A DNA stretch of 64,000 bases from a virus. The position numbers were made by a program, and so were the translations under genes. Below, in pieces: positions 48,233 to 56,569 of this stretch. Each line of letters starts with the position of its first letter. Within the stretch, counting starts at the first letter, position 1. Location of the stretch: positions 103,541-167,540 of IMG/VR virus record IMGVR_UViG_3300032242_000488; one strand, written 5' to 3'. The notes under the pieces are model-generated. The model had not been told where the DNA came from, did no database searches, and saw only the letters and a list, made by a program, of their open reading frames with translations.

Positions 48233-50001
48233 TAAAAATAAAAGACCTAACAGTTAAAAACTTTATGAGCGTAGGTAATGCTACGCAGGCAGTGAACTTT
48301 CAGAAAGGACATCTTACGCTTGTCTTAGGTGAGAACCTAGATCAAGGTGGAGATGATAGCGGAAGTCGTAATGGTACAGGTAAAACTACCATTGTTAACG
48401 CACTTAGCTATGCTATATTTGGCAATGCGCTGACTAACATTAAGAAAGATAACTTGATCAACAAGATCAATAGCAAGAACATGCTAGTTACTGTTGAGTT
48501 TGAAAAAGACGGCATATTATACAAGATTGAACGCGGTCGTAAGCCCAACATTCTTAAGTTTTATATTGACAATCAAGAACAAGAAGCCGCAGATGACGGG
48601 CAGGGCGATAGTCGCGAAACGCAAAAAGACATTGATACACTACTAGGTATGAGTCACGATATGTTCAAGCATATTGTAGCCTTAAACACCTATACAGAGC
48701 CTTTCTTATCTATGAAAGCCAACGACCAACGTGCTATTATTGAGCAGTTGTTGGGTATTACTATTCTTAGCGAAAAGGCAGAAGCACTTAAAGAACAGAT
48801 CCGTATTAGTAAAGATGAAGTAGTTCAGGAAGGTGCTCGCATTGAAGCTATCAAACGTTCTAACGAGCGTATCCAAGAAAGCATTAACAGCCTTAAACTT
48901 AAACAAAGCATGTGGCAAAAGAATCGTGATAGCGATGTCAAGAAAATTGAATCTGCTATTGCAGAGCTTGCACAAGTTGATATTGACGCAGAAATTGTTC
49001 AACATGAAAAATTAAAAGTCTATGATGAGCAAGCGGCACTGATTAAAAGCCTTAATAAAGAACGTGCCACCCTTGAAACTGCTTTAATGCAAGCAGACAA
49101 GGCTGTTAAGAAGTATCAAAAAGAAATTGCACAGCTAGAAGCCAATAAATGTCCAAGTTGTGACCAAGAACTACATGATCACAAACATGATGAAATGAAA
49201 AAGCTAGCAGAGAAAAACCTTGCTGATTCAGATACATACATGTCCAAGGTAGCAGAAGACTTAGAAGTGTTAGTTACAGAATTAGAAGCAATTGGAGACA
49301 TTAATGGTCGACCAAAAACATTCTACGACACACTAAGTGAAGCATTTAATCACAGAACAAATTTAGAAAGTCTTGGTATCCAGTTGAAAAACAGACAAGA
49401 AGAAGTGGACACATACCAAGAACAAATTACAGAGCTAGAACAAACAGCTCTACAAGAGATCAACTGGGACACAGTCAACAGTTTAAATCTAATGAAAGAA
49501 CATCAGGAGTTTCTATTGAAGCTTCTAACAAGTAAAGACTCGTTTATTCGTAAGAAGATCATTGATCAGAATCTTGCTTACTTGAATAATCGACTAACCT
49601 ATTACCTTGATAAGGTGGGTCTACCTCACACCGTTGTATTCCAAAATGACCTAACGGTAGAAATAACCCAACTCGGGCAAGATCTCGACTTTGATAACTT
49701 GTCACGAGGAGAAAGGAATCGCTTGATCTTAGGATTGTCATGGGCGTTCCGTGATGTTTGGGAGTCGTTATATCAGAACATCAATCTCTTATTCATAGAT
49801 GAACTTATTGATTCCGGCATGGATGCTAACGGAGTTGAAAACTCTATTGGTATTCTTAAAAAGATGGCTCGGGAACGTAATAAGAACATTTATCTAATCT
49901 CTCATAGGGACGAATTAGTGGGTCGAGTGAACAACGTGCTCAAGGTAATCAAAGAAAATGGCTTTACGTCTTATGCAAATGACGTTGAGATCTATGAGTG
50001 A
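48229..50001 (+). CDS. Recombination ATPase subunit (gp46/Rad50-like)
   Basis: KNFMSVG, NGTGKTT, zinc hook CPSC, LSRGE, LFIDE and ISH motifs. Confidence 0.93.
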   Translation: MIKIKDLTVKNFMSVGNATQAVNFQKGHLTLVLGENLDQGGDDSGSRNGTGKTTIVNALSYAIFGNALTNIKKDNLINKINSKNMLVTVEFEKDGILYKIERGRKPNILKFYIDNQEQEAADDGQGDSRETQKDIDTLLGMSHDMFKHIVALNTYTEPFLSMKANDQRAIIEQLLGITILSEKAEALKEQIRISKDEVVQEGARIEAIKRSNERIQESINSLKLKQSMWQKNRDSDVKKIESAIAELAQVDIDAEIVQHEKLKVYDEQAALIKSLNKERATLETALMQADKAVKKYQKEIAQLEANKCPSCDQELHDHKHDEMKKLAEKNLADSDTYMSKVAEDLEVLVTELEAIGDINGRPKTFYDTLSEAFNHRTNLESLGIQLKNRQEEVDTYQEQITELEQTALQEINWDTVNSLNLMKEHQEFLLKLLTSKDSFIRKKIIDQNLAYLNNRLTYYLDKVGLPHTVVFQNDLTVEITQLGQDLDFDNLSRGERNRLILGLSWAFRDVWESLYQNINLLFIDELIDSGMDANGVENSIGILKKMARERNKNIYLISHRDELVGRVNNVLKVIKENGFTSYANDVEIYE

Positions 50002-50224
50002 TATTGATACACACGAGCTACTGATTAGAGAATTCATGGAGTACGCCAAGTGGAGTACTCGATTTGAGATACATGGATATAAAGAAAGTGCTGTTAAGGC
50101 ACGAGTAGCTCTAGGCGAAATAAGAAGGCTAATAATGATTAGGCGAGCAGAAATACAGGCAAAGAAAAATCTAATACACGGAATCCAAAAAGACGACCCA
50201 GAAGAGGCTAGTGACGATAACTAG
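49994..50224 (+). CDS. Small helical protein resembling the Hc1/histone H1-like bacterial family
   Basis: F...G.K.SA.KAR.ALGEI......RR.EIQ..K pattern; ATG at 49994 preferred. Confidence 0.55.
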   Translation: MSDIDTHELLIREFMEYAKWSTRFEIHGYKESAVKARVALGEIRRLIMIRRAEIQAKKNLIHGIQKDDPEEASDDN

Positions 50225-50227
50225 TTG

Positions 50228-50656
50228 ATGCAATGGACTTATCAGAATACTATAGTTGAAGAACTACCCGAAACCTGCGTGGGTTTTGTGTATCTGATAA
50301 CAAATAACATCACTGGAAGAAAATACATAGGCAAGAAACTTGCAAAGTTTGCGAAAACCACCTACAAAATGGTTAAACTCAAAAACGGAAACAAGAAAAA
50401 GAAAAAGATTAGAAGCAAGATCGATTCGGACTGGCGTGACTATTACGGATCAAGCGATGCACTAACCAAAGACATAGACACACTAGGCAAAGAAAACTTC
50501 TCCAGAGAAATACTATACTATTGCACATCAAAAGCAGAATGCTCATACATCGAGGCCCGAGAACAATTTACACATAAAGTTCTAGAATCAGCAGATTATT
50601 ATAACGGACACATTGCTGTTCGTGTACACGGCTCACATATCTTCAAAAAATCTTAG
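50228..50656 (+). CDS. Minimal GIY-YIG endonuclease (Seg-like catalytic domain only)
   Basis: GFVYLITN..TGRKYIGKK, YYGSS, FSREIL, E and YYN motifs. Confidence 0.85.
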   Translation: MQWTYQNTIVEELPETCVGFVYLITNNITGRKYIGKKLAKFAKTTYKMVKLKNGNKKKKKIRSKIDSDWRDYYGSSDALTKDIDTLGKENFSREILYYCTSKAECSYIEAREQFTHKVLESADYYNGHIAVRVHGSHIFKKS

Positions 50657-50659
50657 GCA

Positions 50660-51120
50660 GTATCAGCGGAAATAGCAAGCGTCAGCTAACATCAGACGCC
50701 CGGACACCTGGATCTCGGATCGCAGGGAGGGAAACATCTCTAGCCGCAGGAGTACTCAGCAACTATCCTTAACAGGACGATGATCGCAAATGCCGCGGTT
50801 TTGCTGTTATAAAAATTAAAGGCAAGAAGGAAGGGAGAAATACCCTACGTTTAAGCATATGTTAGCGTATATACTTAAACCGCCGTTGTGATAAAGACTC
50901 TGCTCGTGGTACCGGACAACCGCCACTGTAACGCAGTAACGCTAGTGTGACATGTTCAACTCAGATAATGTCGTTAGAATCTTTGCCCTGCCTGGGCAAA
51001 GTGTGACTGAACAATCTAGATAATATCTTAAGTGCTTCGCACTAAATCATAAGTACACAATAAGAAAGAAGAAGAATAGTGTGAGCGAAAGCGAAACACA
51101 GATGAACGTAGTTCATCTAC
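50660..51120 (+). ncRNA. Candidate large structured non-coding RNA (family not recognised; strand inferred)
   Basis: About 500 nt with no ORF in the track; 141/300 G+C in 50701-51000; more than 10 helices with G-U pairs and GAAA loops; two potential pseudoknots. Confidence 0.6.
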
Positions 51121-51131
51121 ATGCATCCCGA

Positions 51132-51139
51132 TATAAATA
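51132..51139 (+). promoter_or_regulatory. T4 late promoter (perfect consensus)
   Basis: TATAAATA, 25 nt upstream of the ATG at 51165. Confidence 0.8.
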
Positions 51140-51164
51140 CACATAACTGTTTAGGAATACGAAT

Positions 51165-52250
51165 ATGAAACTATACGAAGTTCTATTAGAAGATAAGAAA
51201 CAAGTGCAAGAAGCACCTATGGGTATGCTGAATACTCTAGGTAATAAAGCTATGTCTAAATTAGGTAATGCTCGAGCTACGGGTAGACTTAGTACAGGTG
51301 CATTAGCTAATCAACTTCACAAAGAGTTTCAAACATATTTAGGTAAAACTGGGCGTGAAGCTACTAAAGATGCTGTTATGGGTTTCTTATCTAGTAAGGG
51401 ATATCCTACACAAGGTGCCGCTACTATTATTAATACTGCACTAAAAGGTGCGGCAAATGCACCTGCTGGCCCATTAGCTAATATGAAAAACACTGCTCGA
51501 GGACTTGCTGGTAAAGCTAAAGATGCAATGGTCAAACAAGCGGGCAACATAGCAGACAAACTAAAACCTGGACTTAAAGCTACCCCTATTGGTCCAGATA
51601 ATGGTGAAGAGCCAACATTGAAACCTGACACCCCAACAACTACTACCTCTGCTGATACTACGGCACCTGCCAAAACAAGCGGCAGTTATAATAATCAATT
51701 AGGCGGAACTCGTACCTATAGCCAGTCTGTAGGTAATGGTGGTGCAGATTATAACTATCAAAATCTAAGTAAGAAACTGCCAAACAAAGATGTAGATACA
51801 GTTCCAAATACTACTAATCCTACAACAACTAAAAAACCTGAAGAAGAACTACCTGGATATCTACAAAGTAAACTCCAAGGTCGCAAGACTGTTAGTGCTG
51901 GAAAAGTCAATCGTGGCAACGCATTAAAAGAAGCAGGTCCTGGTGTTTTACCACAAAATATTATTGACAAAGCTATACTCAAGGCTGCTCAAGAAGCAGA
52001 GATCTTAAACAATAAACAAGGCAAACAGTCTACACAGCAAACTAAATCGGCTAATTTATCTGGTGGTGCTCCTACTGATACAGATGGTGACGGTGATATT
52101 GATGCTACAGATACTGCTAAATCTTCATCAGGTGGTGGATTTGGTGCTGGGCTTAAGAAAGGTTTTGCTGGTAAAGCTAAAACAAGTCCGGATCTTGCAG
52201 AATTAGAACAGCGTATTGCGGCAATTGAAAAGAAAGTTGGACTAGCTTAA
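51165..52250 (+). CDS. Late low-complexity protein, possible internal head protein
   Basis: Late promoter; N-terminal LxE motifs; A/G/K/T-rich; DTDGDGD motif. Confidence 0.65.
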   Translation: MKLYEVLLEDKKQVQEAPMGMLNTLGNKAMSKLGNARATGRLSTGALANQLHKEFQTYLGKTGREATKDAVMGFLSSKGYPTQGAATIINTALKGAANAPAGPLANMKNTARGLAGKAKDAMVKQAGNIADKLKPGLKATPIGPDNGEEPTLKPDTPTTTTSADTTAPAKTSGSYNNQLGGTRTYSQSVGNGGADYNYQNLSKKLPNKDVDTVPNTTNPTTTKKPEEELPGYLQSKLQGRKTVSAGKVNRGNALKEAGPGVLPQNIIDKAILKAAQEAEILNNKQGKQSTQQTKSANLSGGAPTDTDGDGDIDATDTAKSSSGGGFGAGLKKGFAGKAKTSPDLAELEQRIAAIEKKVGLA

Positions 52251-52435
52251 AAGAAAGGTAGTCCGCTTTTCTTAGTAGTTTCAAGATTGTCTTCAACAAT
52301 CTTTCCAATAATTTCTCTATCTTCAAACGTGAGATAAAATGCGTCTTCCATAGTGATCGCACCTCTCATGTACCACGCTAACTTAAATAGTTCTAATTTG
52401 AAATTTTTGGCTTCATTATCTATATGATCCACCAT
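52247..52435 (-). CDS. gp51-like tail/baseplate assembly chaperone, probably expressed as a -1 frameshift extension
   Basis: LFKLAWYMRG.IT..DA..LT.EDR motif; no SD; frame stays open back to the slippery site. Confidence 0.7.
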   Translation of the reverse strand: MVDHIDNEAKNFKLELFKLAWYMRGAITMEDAFYLTFEDREIIGKIVEDNLETTKKSGLPFF

Positions 52436-52470
52436 CCGGAGAGCATCTTCAAGTGGTATAGTAAAGAGCC

Positions 52471-53343
52471 TTACGCGAAAAAACTTGCGGCGTCTAGTGT
52501 AATTGGAATCTCAACTATCTTAGGTGCGCCAGCGGCTTGATCTTCTTCGGTAGTTGCTATCTTTTGTACTGGGATTGCAAATTTATTTTTTTGTATTTCT
52601 AAATGATCCATAATAGCTTTGAAGAAATCTTTGTCAGCATTATCAATAAATTCTTTAATAAATTCAGGATCACTAGTTTCGCCGTCAGGCGTTACAATCT
52701 TAACCACGCTGTTAGTAACCATATCAACATTGATGTCGGTTAACTTTTTAAATGCGGCGTTAAACAACTCCATCTTTTTAGTATCTTCCATCTTGTCATC
52801 GTTGACAATGCTAAAAATACGTTGTTCTTCAAGAGTTTTGATGGCAGTTTGCGTAAACTCTTTATAGGTCAACGGTCTTACATAGGCTTTAAGATTATCA
52901 CCAATTTGAATTTCGTTGTCATACGCGGCATTTAATAATGAGTCAAGCACTAGACGTAGGTCTAATTCAAATGATCTTGAATCTTCAATAACTGGAATAG
53001 TTACAGTAATATCTAGTTTTTCACCATAAGTAGCTAGACGAATAGCAATTAAAATTGCATCCATATCTACACTTGGGATAGACCAAGCGTTCTTAATACT
53101 AGGGAAACAACTATGAATAACATCCACAGTTGCTTGTCCGTTCATTAAAGCATCAGGAGTTTTCATTACTAACTCATCCTTTGCTGTCATTGCGTAAACG
53201 GGATATTCTCCGTTTTCAGATTTCTCTAGGGTGCCTGGAGGATAAAAATTGCCACTACTGGGCAACCTAATATAAATCTTGGGCTGTCTAAAGTACTTCT
53301 TTAACGGGTTTAATGTTTGATTTTCCACAGGGTTTAACTCCAA
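52471..53343 (-). CDS. gp26-like baseplate hub / tail assembly chaperone
   Basis: LPS.G.FY, YAMTAKDE, D.DAILIAIRLATYG motifs; ends in SFF. Confidence 0.75.
   Translation of the reverse strand: MELNPVENQTLNPLKKYFRQPKIYIRLPSSGNFYPPGTLEKSENGEYPVYAMTAKDELVMKTPDALMNGQATVDVIHSCFPSIKNAWSIPSVDMDAILIAIRLATYGEKLDITVTIPVIEDSRSFELDLRLVLDSLLNAAYDNEIQIGDNLKAYVRPLTYKEFTQTAIKTLEEQRIFSIVNDDKMEDTKKMELFNAAFKKLTDINVDMVTNSVVKIVTPDGETSDPEFIKEFIDNADKDFFKAIMDHLEIQKNKFAIPVQKIATTEEDQAAGAPKIVEIPITLDAASFFA
52477..52483 (-). other. Programmed -1 ribosomal frameshift site (T TTT TTC)
   Basis: X XXY YYZ heptamer in the correct phase, one codon before the stop; the -1 frame runs into ORF 52247..52435. Confidence 0.75.
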
Positions 53344-53344
53344 C

Positions 53345-53378
53345 TAAATAAAGGATATGATATCATATTGTATTTATA
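53345..53378. promoter_or_regulatory. Face-to-face late promoters with a central palindrome
   Basis: TAAATA (+, 53345-53350); ATATGATATCATAT (53355-53368); TATAAATA (-, 53371-53378). Confidence 0.6.
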
Positions 53379-53404
53379 TACGCAGATTTAGGTGAAAAAA
53401 ATAA

Positions 53405-56400
53405 ATGGCAGATACCACAGTAACCGGTAAAATTGGTGATCAAGAAGTACAGCTGATCAATGCGGCCAGCGAAGCTACGCTTCAAAAACTACTTGAAGCC
53501 TTTAATAAAATGAACGGTACCAGCTCTGGAGGAGGAAGTGGCGGCAGCTCTGGAGGTGGCGCCGCAGGCGGCACAGTTGGCAAAGCTGCCACTGGTACTG
53601 CTACTGCTCTTAACAAAGCAGGAGAAGCAGTTGGTAAATTTGCAGGAGCAGTTGCAGATGCCACAGGTAAACTGTTAGGATTTGCAGGAAACATAATTGG
53701 CGGCACTGCTAAAGTTATGATAGACTTGGGTAAAGAATTACTAACAGGTGGAGAAAGAGTTAGTGACTTTACTAAACATTTAGAAAATTTACCTAGTATA
53801 TTTGGTGTACTTGGAGGACTAGTACATTCTCTTTCTCAATTTATAGACAAGAATATTGATACATTCCGCCAACTTTCTCAAGTAGGTGCTAATTTTGGAA
53901 ATAGCATAGACGGCATGAGACAGGCAGCTGCCGAATCAGGCATGGGCTTTGATCGTTATACTGCATTAGTAAAAAATAATGCAGAAACAATGGCATTATT
54001 TGGCGGCACGGTATCGCAAGGAGCAATAGCATTTGGTAAGTTTAGTAAAGATTTCCGCCAAGGCGATACAGGTAAAAAATTATTAGCAATGGGATTCAGC
54101 ATAGACGAAATCAACGACAGTCTAATTGCATATTCCAATATTAATAGTCGTGCAGGACGTGATCGTATACTTGACACTAGAGAACTAGGTGAAGCATCTG
54201 GAAGATTTGCTATAGAATTAAACAAAGCCGCAGCCGCAACAGGACTTAGCAGAGGAGAACTTGCCAAAAAAGCAGATGCATTAAACAAGCAAATAGACAT
54301 TGCCGCTTTGGCCAGTAGATTCCAAGGTAAGGACCGAGAAAAATTTATAGCTGGTATGGCTCAAATTACCAGCTCTTTTGGTGTTGGATCCGAAGCACTA
54401 TTAGAAGGTGCTCGAGGATTTATTAATTCGTCAGATGGTATTGCATTAAATGCTCTTGCTCCTGAGCTAATGTCAACTATGCAAGACTTTGCTACTAACG
54501 GCGGCGATGTTAATGAAAAAATGAATAAGATGATCCGTGCCGCACAAGAAAAAATAGCATTTTATCAAAAGCCTGAAAATGCCGCAATGCTAAAAGCACA
54601 AATGGATACTATTCCCGGATTTAAAACAGCTTATGCGGCCATAGCAGAAATTGCTAGCAGAACAGTTAAGAGTGCAAAAGACATACAAATAGAAGCTGAC
54701 AAGGCTGCACAAAATGACACATTAACAGGGTTTTATCAACAGTTTTCAGAAACTATTAATAATTTTAGAGGATCTCTAGAATCAACATTTATAAAAAGTG
54801 ATTTCTTTAAAAACATTAAAAAAATGATGGATGATTTTTCTAAAGGTGGTAGTACTAGTTTAGGTGATATCCTTAATCGTATCACAGCTGGGTTTAAAAC
54901 TTTTCTAACAGCACTTGACGATTTTTTAACTGATGTTCAGAATCCTACACTTGGTTGGAGCGGAGCAATAAAGAAACTCTACGAAAACATGATAACAAAT
55001 TTGTTTAACATAAAACCTGAAGATTTAATTGACAAAAATGGTCAAGCATTAACAGTTACACAGGCTGCTATGGGTATTATAGGTAAAGCAATAGGCGAAG
55101 CATTTACTGCTATGTGGCCTGGAATTAAAGAAGTTATTGTATCAGGCTTTAAGACTCTATGGGAAGACAAAGACATTAGAGAAGCAGGGATCAAAGGCAT
55201 CCTAGCTCTTTTTGCAGTATGGGCCGCATTTAAAGTTGGCGGTGGATTACTAAGTGGTATTGGTGGTCGCATGGCTGGAGGTGCTACTACTGGCGGAACA
55301 GTGGCAGCTGGCGCAGAGTCGGGCGGATTCTTAGCAGGTCTTGGACAGCAATTTACACAAGCCGCTGGTTGGTTAATGAAGGGGGTTGCCATTGGTGCAA
55401 GTATGGTAGCCATTGGTTATGGACTTGGCAAACTAGCTGAAGGTATGGCACCATTTAGTGAGATTGAATGGGAAACAATGGGCAAAGCAGGAGTAACATT
55501 AGGAGTGCTAACAGGTGCAATAATGTTATTAGGACAAGTTATGGAAGGTCCTCAAATTGCCGCATTTGCTATTGGCACCGCCGCAATCGCCGCGCTTGGC
55601 TTTGCATTAAGAGCGTTCCCTGCAGATGTATTAGATAGTTTATCAACTATGATGGCTACGGCATTTGAAGGTGTAGGTAAAACTATTGAGCGTGTGTTTA
55701 ATGGTATTAGTGGCATTATTGGTAAGATCACTGAGATGCGTACTGCAATGGTTAAAGCAACCACTGATCAAATTAAAGAACTTGCCGCTATCCCTGCAAC
55801 AAATATGTTGGCCGCCGCCGCAGGTATTGATGCAATAAAGAAAGCATTAGACGGATTTAGTCCAGGATTCTTAGGCGGTCTAAGCGAAGGTCTTGGTAGT
55901 TTGTTTGGCAAAGACAAGATAGGCCCACTGCAACAAATGGCAGTTTTAGGACCACAATTACAGAATGCCGCCGCTGGGTTTACTGCGTTTAAGACAGCAA
56001 TAGATGGTATGAAACTAGCCAATTTGTCTATGACTAGTGATCAAACTAGTAGTTTTGAAACATTAACCAAACGTCTGCCAGAGTTTACTACAACAATGAC
56101 AGCATTAGGTACACAAGCCGCTAATATAAATGCTACCGCAGAAGCAATTAATGCGTTTAAAGCCGCAACTACAGGATTTAACCTTAAAGACTTTTCATTC
56201 TCTAAAGAACAGCTAACCAGTCTAGCAGACGGAACTACCAAGCTAAGACAGTTATCTGAACAACTAAGAGCCAGCAAAGATGGTTTCCAAAAGTTAGATG
56301 AACAAGGACTCAAAAACATCAAAGAAGGTGTTGAAGGACTAAGCAAAGCGTTCAAAGACTTTAACGAAAGTTTCCTTACTAAATTCTTACCAAAGTTTGA

Positions 56401-56557
56401 TGAACTTAAGAGTAAAACACAAGAAGGACTCATGACTGACATAGGAACCAAGTTAGATACGTTAAATAGTAATGTAGCTTCTCTAATTGCAATTGAAGAC
56501 ACTTCCAAGAAATATTTGGATACTATTGTCACTAAGAAAGCTGGCAAGATTTATTAA
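53405..56557 (+). CDS. Tape measure-like protein
   Basis: 1050 aa, A/G-rich and helical, with a central hydrophobic region; next to the tail chaperones. Confidence 0.75.
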   Translation: MADTTVTGKIGDQEVQLINAASEATLQKLLEAFNKMNGTSSGGGSGGSSGGGAAGGTVGKAATGTATALNKAGEAVGKFAGAVADATGKLLGFAGNIIGGTAKVMIDLGKELLTGGERVSDFTKHLENLPSIFGVLGGLVHSLSQFIDKNIDTFRQLSQVGANFGNSIDGMRQAAAESGMGFDRYTALVKNNAETMALFGGTVSQGAIAFGKFSKDFRQGDTGKKLLAMGFSIDEINDSLIAYSNINSRAGRDRILDTRELGEASGRFAIELNKAAAATGLSRGELAKKADALNKQIDIAALASRFQGKDREKFIAGMAQITSSFGVGSEALLEGARGFINSSDGIALNALAPELMSTMQDFATNGGDVNEKMNKMIRAAQEKIAFYQKPENAAMLKAQMDTIPGFKTAYAAIAEIASRTVKSAKDIQIEADKAAQNDTLTGFYQQFSETINNFRGSLESTFIKSDFFKNIKKMMDDFSKGGSTSLGDILNRITAGFKTFLTALDDFLTDVQNPTLGWSGAIKKLYENMITNLFNIKPEDLIDKNGQALTVTQAAMGIIGKAIGEAFTAMWPGIKEVIVSGFKTLWEDKDIREAGIKGILALFAVWAAFKVGGGLLSGIGGRMAGGATTGGTVAAGAESGGFLAGLGQQFTQAAGWLMKGVAIGASMVAIGYGLGKLAEGMAPFSEIEWETMGKAGVTLGVLTGAIMLLGQVMEGPQIAAFAIGTAAIAALGFALRAFPADVLDSLSTMMATAFEGVGKTIERVFNGISGIIGKITEMRTAMVKATTDQIKELAAIPATNMLAAAAGIDAIKKALDGFSPGFLGGLSEGLGSLFGKDKIGPLQQMAVLGPQLQNAAAGFTAFKTAIDGMKLANLSMTSDQTSSFETLTKRLPEFTTTMTALGTQAANINATAEAINAFKAATTGFNLKDFSFSKEQLTSLADGTTKLRQLSEQLRASKDGFQKLDEQGLKNIKEGVEGLSKAFKDFNESFLTKFLPKFDELKSKTQEGLMTDIGTKLDTLNSNVASLIAIEDTSKKYLDTIVTKKAGKIY

Positions 56558-56569
56558 TAGGATAACACA

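Noticed and set aside
50757-50806. Hammerhead ribozyme in the three-way junction (CGATGA)
   Set aside because: Lacks an intact CUGANGA and the GAAA core after stem II
50657-51120. Group I/II intron, tRNA, tmRNA or CRISPR array
   Set aside because: No interrupted flanking gene, no recognisable P7 or domain V core, no cloverleaf, and no regularly spaced repeats
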